Positions 1-6,813 of a DNA stretch of 64,000 bases are shown piece by piece. The notes under the pieces are model-generated. The model saw only the letters and a program-made list of their open reading frames with translations, did no database searches and had not been told where the DNA came from. The translations under genes and the position numbers were made by a program. Source of the DNA: an uncultured Candidatus Saccharibacteria bacterium (GTDB taxonomy: Bacteria; Patescibacteriota; Minisyncoccia; Phycocordibacterales; CAIZLB01); contig CAZFOD010000001.1 in the NCBI GenBank assembly GCA_964520545.1, positions 57,969-121,968 of the forward strand, in the 5' to 3' direction. Every line of letters starts with the position of its first letter. Within the stretch, counting starts at the first letter, position 1.

Positions 1-406
1 CCCCATGATCCCCCTTCTCAAGCGGTGCGTCGCTGGGAGAAGGGGGATAAAATCCCCTTAGTCATTTTTGTCCGAATGTAACTCGTATTCCAGCGCCTGG
101 CCAGCGTAAAGGAGCGAGTGAGGACTGCAGACTGAGGATACTTCGAACCATCACTATTGATAATTCAAATCCGCGATCGCTTGCGATCGTAAATTGGAAT
201 GAAGGTTTGCGGAGCGTGTCTCTCCGTTTCACCTCACGATTCAGTAAGGCTGCATAGCATGACCTATGCCCACCTGCTGAAAAGTGAAAGAAGAATGTTG
301 TGCCAACTACATTCATGTCGCGAGGGACGCACCCCCTCTGCGGAAAGCCATTTAGTTCTTTCGAAAAATATATATGGAGTATGAGTTTACAAAACCCTGC
401 TCCGTA

Positions 407-454
407 CTGTCCGAGAATGTAGTTCTCGCTGATGAGCTCAAAAGAGCGAAACAG
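407..454 (+). ncRNA. Type III hammerhead ribozyme (copy 1)
   Basis: Sequence reads CTG-T-C^CGAGAA-TGTAG-TTCTCG-CTGATGA-GCTC-AAAA-GAGC-GAA-A-CAG. Core CUGAUGA/GAAA is canonical, the GUC cleavage triplet is at 409-411, and stems I, II and III pair perfectly. Confidence 0.93.
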
Positions 455-520
455 AATGTTCTTAAAAAGTAAGTTGTTTGGTTCGTGCAATATGTCTGCA
501 ATTATTTGTCGATATATTGC

Positions 521-757
521 ATGAACCAAGTACTTCGTTTCTTGTTCGGCTCCCCGCAACGGGTCCTCACCACTGGAATCATAGGGTTCGTGGTGTGGGG
601 GATGGTAGACCCACGGTCGGTGAGCTTGCTCATCGCACTATGCTGGAATAATTTCTGGGAGGCTTTCGGGCCACTGTTCCAGATCTTGTTGCAACTCTTC
701 ATCGTGTGTGGAGTGATTTGGCTCTTTGTAAAAAGCCTTTTCAAGAAAACAAAATAG
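521..757 (+). CDS. Small hydrophobic membrane protein (78 aa) between two hammerheads
   Basis: ATG at 521 (the track starts at an upstream GTG, 485). Two to three hydrophobic segments and a basic C-terminus (KSLFKKTK). Confidence 0.7.
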   Translation: MNQVLRFLFGSPQRVLTTGIIGFVVWGMVDPRSVSLLIALCWNNFWEAFGPLFQILLQLFIVCGVIWLFVKSLFKKTK

Positions 758-888
758 AAGCTTACAACTTCCAGGTAGAAAAAAACTTCCTGCAACCAAA
801 CCAAATTGATTCGGCTTCGCACTGGCGGATCGCTTGTGCGGGTAGCGTGGCCACTCGGTCGACGCTTTGAACAGTCACTCGACTGTTC

Positions 889-936
889 TCCTCTCGGAGT
901 GTAGCTCCGACTGATGAGTCCAAAAGGACGAAAGGA
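889..936 (+). ncRNA. Type III hammerhead ribozyme (copy 2)
   Basis: Sequence reads TCC-T-C^TCGGAG-TGTAG-CTCCGA-CTGATGA-GTCC-AAAA-GGAC-GAA-A-GGA. Core is canonical, the CUC triplet is at 891-893, loops match copy 1, and the stems differ but still pair. Confidence 0.9.
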
Positions 937-999
937 AAAAGCGGCAAATATATTTTCTTAAAAGTACTCACAAGGCCCCAATTTTACGTGCATAGAACA

Positions 1000-1028
1000 T
1001 TGACAAATCAATAATCATGTGCTAGGTT
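1000..1028 (+). promoter_or_regulatory. Sigma70-type promoter of the J-domain operon
   Basis: TTGACA (1000-1005), 17-bp spacer, TG-n-TAGGTT (1023-1028). Confidence 0.55.
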
Positions 1029-1071
1029 TCGATCAGGAATTTCAACCAAAACACAAGCTTTTTGACAATCT

Positions 1072-1365
1072 ATGAAAGACTACTACGCCACCCTAGGTGT
1101 TTCCCGACAGGCGTCAATTAATGATATCCGGAAGGCCTTTTGGGGCATCTCCCGGGAACATCATCCTGACGTTGCAAAAGACAAAGCGACTTCCGAAGAA
1201 AAATTCAAGGAAGCAAACGAAGCCAACGCAATACTTAGCGATCCGGAGAGACGTAGGGAATATGATGAGGCGCTCAGTAAAGCACTCATCACTGACTTAC
1301 CTTCTTCGGTCGCTCAAGTTGTCGGAGAATACTTCCGGCAATTCCATCCCGAAAACACAAAATGA
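1072..1365 (+). CDS. Short J-domain (DnaJ class C) co-chaperone, AtcJ-like
   Basis: DYYATLGV...HPD...FKEANEA..ILSDPERRREYD J-domain followed by a short tail (LITDLP...FHP). Confidence 0.88.
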   Translation: MKDYYATLGVSRQASINDIRKAFWGISREHHPDVAKDKATSEEKFKEANEANAILSDPERRREYDEALSKALITDLPSSVAQVVGEYFRQFHPENTK

Positions 1366-1778
1366 CCCAAACAAAACTTAAAGAGCAACTCGCAGAATTG
1401 ATCCAGCTCGTCGATGCCTTTTTCAAGCGCGACACCGTGATCAGAGCTCGAGCTAGCTTCAACAGCCACCGTGCAGAAGTCCTCAAGCAAATCCCCGAAA
1501 TGGGTGAACTGCTCAGGGAATATCCTGCATATGGAGCTATCGCATTCCTGGGAAGATTCAAATTCACAGAGTGTGCCGAAGTCGATTCGCTCGCGAAGGA
1601 GAGCAGTGCACAATTACTGCAAACTATTCGCGACAAAAAGGTTGTTCAGTTGGAAGAAACTGCTCGGCCTGCCTGGTCCTTTCTCCTAGAGAGTGACATG
1701 GAAGCGTCCTGCGCTATCCTTGCTCTTTGCTTTATGGCAAGAAAGAACGCCAAGATTAAACAGGCACTTGTTGCCTAA
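1362..1778 (+). CDS. Hypothetical protein, probable AtcA-like
   Basis: Overlaps the J-domain gene stop by 4 nt. Size, position and recalled resemblance (DAFFKRD...FN..R...YP...AFLG) fit AtcA; not verified by search. Confidence 0.6.
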   Translation: MTQTKLKEQLAELIQLVDAFFKRDTVIRARASFNSHRAEVLKQIPEMGELLREYPAYGAIAFLGRFKFTECAEVDSLAKESSAQLLQTIRDKKVVQLEETARPAWSFLLESDMEASCAILALCFMARKNAKIKQALVA

Positions 1779-1804
1779 ACCACAAAACCAACCCAACAGA
1801 AATT

Positions 1805-2524
1805 ATGATCCAAATCGATGCTCTCGCAATCCGCGCGGCAGTAAACAGCGGCGACCTTCGGGCCGCCGAACACCAACTCGCCCTCATCGGCGATACGGTA
1901 GGTGATGATCAGCTCGCGCTGGTCGTAAAAGACCTCACTCCTGGCGAGGTAATGACCCTCGTCGGCGAAGGTGACTACTCGAAACCTTCGTTAGTCGTAC
2001 ACTTCATCTCCGCGGAGCAATTCCTCGGGGCTCTTGTACGCATTGGAGCAAAGTGGGGAAGAATCGGGGATAAGGACGATTACGGTCGCTTCCTCGGTGA
2101 ACTCACAGATCTTTTCCTTTCTGTTTTGCTCGTCATCGAGCCGCAGAAACGGAGGGAGCTACTGACCGCACTCATCGAGCACACCCTCGGTATGCGTTCG
2201 CTCATTTGTGTTGCGATCAGCGTCAAGGAGTACCTCCTGGACTATGATTCGCGCGCAGCTGAGCACGGCACCGTCGGCGAGTTGATGACATTTCTTGAGG
2301 ATGTTGATTACGACGCGTTCGTGACTATCCAAAAGAAGATTGCTTCGATGTGCCTCGAAAATGCTGAAGTGCATCTCGCCGAAGAAGGCGAAGAGTCAAT
2401 CAGCGAAAAACGGTGCCGTTGGTATCAGCGCCGTACATTGAACGCCCTTGTCGATGCCGCCATGAGGCTGGTCGAAAGCAAGCAACCCGAAGCTCCAAAA
2501 GACGAAATCTTCGGAGACGTTTAG
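1805..2524 (+). CDS. Hypothetical protein, probable AtcB-like
   Basis: Long ORF, third in the operon. The N-terminus (GDLRAAE..L....GDDQL......P..V....E.D.SK.S.V....EQF) resembles recalled AtcB-family sequences. Confidence 0.6.
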   Translation: MIQIDALAIRAAVNSGDLRAAEHQLALIGDTVGDDQLALVVKDLTPGEVMTLVGEGDYSKPSLVVHFISAEQFLGALVRIGAKWGRIGDKDDYGRFLGELTDLFLSVLLVIEPQKRRELLTALIEHTLGMRSLICVAISVKEYLLDYDSRAAEHGTVGELMTFLEDVDYDAFVTIQKKIASMCLENAEVHLAEEGEESISEKRCRWYQRRTLNALVDAAMRLVESKQPEAPKDEIFGDV

Positions 2525-2537
2525 CCAACCGAAACCC

Positions 2538-2566
2538 GCCCCGGCCGTTGAAAACACGGCCGGGGC
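2538..2566 (+). promoter_or_regulatory. Intergenic GC-rich hairpin without a U-tract (RNA stabiliser or pause site)
   Basis: 11-bp inverted repeat GCCCCGGCCGT / ACGGCCGGGGC. Confidence 0.5.
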
Positions 2567-2579
2567 ATATCTTTACGAA

Positions 2580-3515
2580 ATGGAAACAACATTAGCAGTT
2601 ATCGAAGATCGTCATCCGATCACTGTGGCGATAGCTTGGGCTATTAAGCTTGAGTTGGTCACACCAGCTGGTGAGCAAACACTCATTGCGGATATGCAAG
2701 AGACGGTAACGGAGGCGACGAAGAAATTTGTCAATTTCGTCAATGTTGAATCGGTGCGTCAAGCACTCGATATCACCTTGGGTGTTCTCAGTTTGCCAGT
2801 CGCTCACTCGACGGGTGGAAAAATTAACCCTGAGGCGTGGGCGCAATACTTGCACGGTCGTAGCCTAAAAAAATTGGTTGCGGAAGCGCTCGCGCTGGTT
2901 AAGCCCATTGCGAATGCCCCGTTCGAGGCACAGTTCGAGGAATTCATCCCCGAAGAAGGGGCGTTAAGGAAGACCCTCATAGGGTATGCAACAGCTCGTG
3001 ATAAGAGTAGGAAAAACGTTTGGGCTGGATATGTGGATTTCTCCAGGGATCTTCACAGACAACAAGTTGGCGAGAAACGAAAAGAACTCGCTGACTGGCT
3101 CACTCGTGAATTGTTGAATTGTAGTTCTGAACATTGGTTCAGAGCTCAAATCCGAAAAGCTGGGAACAGTGATAACCCACCTAGCGTTCACGAGACAATC
3201 AACACGCTGATCCTACGGCACTGCTGCGGGTTATCAGTTAGTGGGAAGATCGAAGTGAAGAAGATGCAGTTCGAATGGTTACGAGAAGCTTTTGAAGCAG
3301 ACAAAGCCGTTTGGGTCGCGAAAGTTCGTCTGAAATATGACGCACTTTTCACTCGGATTCCAAAAGAACTCCGACAGTATCTTCTGCACACAGGTGGTGA
3401 CAAGTGGTTCAGTATCTACCTTTCTAAGGGTCCTCCCAAGGTCCCGAAGAAGTGGAACGATGCTGAATTACCGGGAATTACCGGTGTCTTCAGCTTCGAA
3501 ATGTTTGAGGATTAG
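2580..3515 (+). CDS. Hypothetical protein, probable AtcC-like
   Basis: 311-aa ORF, fourth in the operon. Size and N-terminal pattern fit AtcC; not verified by search. Confidence 0.58.
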   Translation: METTLAVIEDRHPITVAIAWAIKLELVTPAGEQTLIADMQETVTEATKKFVNFVNVESVRQALDITLGVLSLPVAHSTGGKINPEAWAQYLHGRSLKKLVAEALALVKPIANAPFEAQFEEFIPEEGALRKTLIGYATARDKSRKNVWAGYVDFSRDLHRQQVGEKRKELADWLTRELLNCSSEHWFRAQIRKAGNSDNPPSVHETINTLILRHCCGLSVSGKIEVKKMQFEWLREAFEADKAVWVAKVRLKYDALFTRIPKELRQYLLHTGGDKWFSIYLSKGPPKVPKKWNDAELPGITGVFSFEMFED

Positions 3516-3529
3516 CATCCCTTATAACC

Positions 3530-3564
3530 AAAGCGCCGCCCGGCATGACCTGGCGGCGCTTTTT
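3530..3564. terminator. Intrinsic terminator, probably bidirectional
   Basis: AAAGCGCCGCC...GGCGGCGCTTTTT between convergent genes. Confidence 0.75.
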
Positions 3565-3582
3565 ACTTTCCGATATTTTAAA

Positions 3583-4626
3583 TTATTTCTCTAACACCTC
3601 CCAAGCTTTTTCATTCAAGATCATAGTCTCGACATATATTGTTGCTCGCATCTTGTCCGCATCCTTATACATCTTCATGATTTGCTCTACTTCTTTGTTT
3701 ACTTCATCAGCAGGAGCTTCAAGCTTTTCTGCAATCGCAATCTGATTGAGAATGAGTTGTGTCTTTGCTCTTTTTTCAGCATCAGCAGTCCATTCTTCTC
3801 TCAACTGTTCAATTGTCTTGTTTGCGTGTCGAAGATAGCTTTCAATATCGAGTCCCATCTGTGCAACGTTAGAACCAAGTTCACTAATCATCTTGTTGAG
3901 TTCTGATTCTACAAGCATTTTAGGCATCTTGATTTCTGACTTCTCAATGATCGCTTCCATCGCTTTGAGTCGTTTGATATCTCGAGCCTTGTGTTCTTTT
4001 TCTGCTTTGATGCTTTCTGTAATTTTTGCTTTGAATGCATCAATGTTTTCGAATGCACCAAACTTCTTGATGAAATCATCATTCACCTCAGGAAGGGGAA
4101 GATCTCCGTGATCATGTGAGTGATCAGTTGGGTTTGCAATGTGATGATCGTTATGAGCAACTTGCTTTCGAAGTCCGTCGATTGTTTCTTCAACTTCTTT
4201 GTCAGTAACCTCAAGTGTTTCTTTAACTGACATGATTTCCTTAGCAACTTTTTTGTAGTCAGGAAGTTTCACTTCCGGCATGACAGCTGTTTTAATTTTG
4301 AAACCAAAAGCTTCGCCAGGAGCAACCTTTGTGATTGTCACTGCAGGTGATCCAAGAGGGGAGATCTTTGCATCCGTAACTATATCTCCATAGTGTTTTT
4401 CAAGAGCGAGTCGTCCTGCTTCTTCAAGAATCGCTACTTCTCCGAATCGATCGACAATTACTTTCTCTGGAATATGTCCTGGGCGAAAACCATCCATCTT
4501 TACACCACTTGAAATGTTTTTTAGAGCTTCTTCTCTAAAACCTTTTACAATATCTGAAGGAATTTCTCCTTCGATTTCATATTCACTTTCAGGAAGTGCT
4601 CCTTTTTTTATGATTGAGAATGACAT
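3583..4626 (-). CDS. tig: Trigger factor (short form, FKBP domain largely absent)
   Basis: Ribosome-binding GFRPGHIP motif and C-terminal chaperone domain; 347 aa. Confidence 0.9.
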   Translation of the reverse strand: MSFSIIKKGALPESEYEIEGEIPSDIVKGFREEALKNISSGVKMDGFRPGHIPEKVIVDRFGEVAILEEAGRLALEKHYGDIVTDAKISPLGSPAVTITKVAPGEAFGFKIKTAVMPEVKLPDYKKVAKEIMSVKETLEVTDKEVEETIDGLRKQVAHNDHHIANPTDHSHDHGDLPLPEVNDDFIKKFGAFENIDAFKAKITESIKAEKEHKARDIKRLKAMEAIIEKSEIKMPKMLVESELNKMISELGSNVAQMGLDIESYLRHANKTIEQLREEWTADAEKRAKTQLILNQIAIAEKLEAPADEVNKEVEQIMKMYKDADKMRATIYVETMILNEKAWEVLEK

Positions 4627-4628
4627 TG

Positions 4629-5153
4629 TTATTTATTGAACTTAGCTTTGTATGCTGATACCGACTTGTCGAATGCTGCTCGCGCTGCCGCTGCATCTTT
4701 GAATCCATGAGTTTCTACAACTTTGTTTTGAAGCTTTTTGTAAGTAAGGAAGAAGTGGTCGATTTCTTTGAGAGTGTGAGGGTTTACATCAGCAAGATCT
4801 TTCACATTGTCCCATCGAGGATCTTCTTCAGGTACAGCGATGACCTTTGCATCTGAATCACCACCGTCTACCATATCGAGTACAGCAACAGGTCGAACAC
4901 GTACCATTATTCCAGGAACAAGCGGGTATGTTGTAAGTACAACTACATCCAACGGATCACCGTCTTCCCAGAGTGTCTGTGGAACGAATCCATAGTCAAA
5001 AGGATAGTCTTGTGAAGTATGGAGAACACGATCAAGTGCTATGAGACCAGTTTTTTTGTCGATCTCATATTTATTTTTTGATCCCTTATTGATCTCGATG
5101 ATTGTGTTGATGCTTTCCGATGTTCCTGATTCTATATCATGCCAAAGGTTCAT
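4629..5153 (-). CDS. ppa: Inorganic pyrophosphatase (family I)
   Basis: Motifs KYEIDK, DRVL, YGFVPQT.EDGDPLD and D.GDSDAK. Start moved to MNLWHD. Confidence 0.95.
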   Translation of the reverse strand: MNLWHDIESGTSESINTIIEINKGSKNKYEIDKKTGLIALDRVLHTSQDYPFDYGFVPQTLWEDGDPLDVVVLTTYPLVPGIMVRVRPVAVLDMVDGGDSDAKVIAVPEEDPRWDNVKDLADVNPHTLKEIDHFFLTYKKLQNKVVETHGFKDAAAARAAFDKSVSAYKAKFNK

Positions 5154-5178
5154 ATGTTTTTTATGTTTATCTTTTAAT

Positions 5179-6414
5179 TTAAGCAGATGCTTCTTCTGTT
5201 GTAACCTCTTCCTTTGTGTCAGCTGTCTCAAGAGTTTCAATTCTTTCTTCAGGTTTTACATCAGCATTTATCTCATCAACTTCTCCAGAGTCGGCGACAA
5301 CACCTTTCACTGATTGGATATCAATTCTCCAGCCTGTAAGTTTAGCTGCAAGTCGAACATTCTGTCCTCCCTTACCGATTGCGAGTGACTGCTGATCTTC
5401 TGCAACCTCAACAACCGCAGTCTTTTCTGTTTCGTTAAGTTTAATATCAATGACTTTTGCAGGAGAAAGAGATTCTTTGATGAATTCTGCTGCATCTTCT
5501 GACCATTCGATGATATCAATTTTCTCACCACCGAGTTCACTTGTTACTGTGTTTACTCGAACACCACGCTGTCCAACCATTGATCCTACTGGATCAATGT
5601 GAGAATCAGCAGCAAATACAGCAATCTTAGATCGAGCACCAGCTTCACGTGCAATCGCTTTTACTTCAACAGCACCAGAAACAATTTCTGGAACTTCAAT
5701 CTTGAAAAGTTCTGAGAGGAACTTTGGGTGTGAGCGTGATAGTCGAAGGAAAATACCTCGAGGTGTTTCTTCTACACGCATGAGGTACATTCGAAGTCTT
5801 TCACCTTGTCGGTAGTGTTCACCAGGGATTTGTTCTTCATATGGGAGCATTCCAGTAGCTCGGCCCATGTCGATGAAGACATTTCCTCGCTCTTGTCGCT
5901 GTACTGTTCCTGAAATGATTTCTCCTTCTCGCTTTCCGAATTCACCAAGGACAGAAACCTTTTCAGCTTCTCGAATCTTCTGGATGATGACCTGCTTTGC
6001 AGTTTGTGCGGCGATTCGGCCGTAATCTTCCTTTTCTTCAAGAGGAAAGACCATTTCTTCGGCAACCTGAACGTCTTTTTTGATCTTTCGAGCGTTATCA
6101 ATGAGGATATGTCGCTCTTCGTTGAAGAATACCTTCTCGTCAGTAGTTGGTTCTGCTCCTTCTACAGGGGTAGGGAGTTCACTCTCATCAAAAACTACCT
6201 GATCTGGGTCCACAACGATCTTTACCTGGTAAAAATCAGCCTTACCTGTATTTATATCGAATTTAGCCCGTACAAACTGGTCGCGTCGGCCCCATTCCTT
6301 CTTGTATGCAGTAGCTAGAGCCATTTCAATTGCCTCAAGAATCTTTTCACGAGGAATACCCCGCTCTTCTTCAAGCTGATCTAATACTGAGTGAATTACT
6401 TTAAGATCTATCAT
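5179..6414 (-). CDS. nusA: Transcription termination factor NusA
   Basis: GRIAAQTAKQVIIQ, S1 and KH domains, AIGKGGQNVRLAAKLTGW. Confidence 0.97.
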   Translation of the reverse strand: MIDLKVIHSVLDQLEEERGIPREKILEAIEMALATAYKKEWGRRDQFVRAKFDINTGKADFYQVKIVVDPDQVVFDESELPTPVEGAEPTTDEKVFFNEERHILIDNARKIKKDVQVAEEMVFPLEEKEDYGRIAAQTAKQVIIQKIREAEKVSVLGEFGKREGEIISGTVQRQERGNVFIDMGRATGMLPYEEQIPGEHYRQGERLRMYLMRVEETPRGIFLRLSRSHPKFLSELFKIEVPEIVSGAVEVKAIAREAGARSKIAVFAADSHIDPVGSMVGQRGVRVNTVTSELGGEKIDIIEWSEDAAEFIKESLSPAKVIDIKLNETEKTAVVEVAEDQQSLAIGKGGQNVRLAAKLTGWRIDIQSVKGVVADSGEVDEINADVKPEERIETLETADTKEEVTTEEASA

Positions 6415-6487
6415 ATATTTGGTTGTTATTTAATTGTATCTATCTATATTCTTAGCCATCTTATGGCTCAATAGAGCCTTTTCTGGC

Positions 6488-6556
6488 AAAAAATTAAGCC
6501 CGCCGGGAGGCGAACTTCTGATGTACACATTATATATGTATATGGGGAATTGTCAA
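6488..6556 (-). promoter_or_regulatory. nusA promoter plus leader attenuator-like hairpin
   Basis: Minus-strand TTGACA(6556-6551)-16 bp-TATAAT(6534-6529), followed by AAGTTCGCC-TCCC-GGCGGGCTT-AATTTTTT. Confidence 0.65.
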
Positions 6557-6813
6557 CGGATTATATCGTTGGAAAAGTAAGGTTTGATACCAATGGTTTG
6601 TAACAGTAAGTTACCTTTCTGGGTTATCGGTTGTTTGGGTAATTCTACGGGATTTCAACAGCAATGTTTAAAGAATCTTTCTACCATTTGAGATGTTTAT
6701 CTTTTTAAATTTAAAATAGTAATTTAAAAAAGTGAAATAAAGTTTTATACACTCATATGTAAGGCTTTACTGTAAAAACTTTGGTATAATTGAAACACAA
6801 ACTGTTCTCAAAA

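Noticed and set aside
69-150. Possible third, degenerate hammerhead (TGTC-CGAA-TGTAA-CTCG resembles the copy-1 cleavage site and stem I; CTGAGGA at about 132)
   Set aside because: No CUGANGA directly after stem I and no stem II plus GAAA in register; at best a relic or chance match.
62-559. 165-aa minus-strand ORF and other short ORFs overlapping the ribozyme region
   Set aside because: No recognisable motifs, and it lies antisense to a well-formed ribozyme and a plausible + strand gene.
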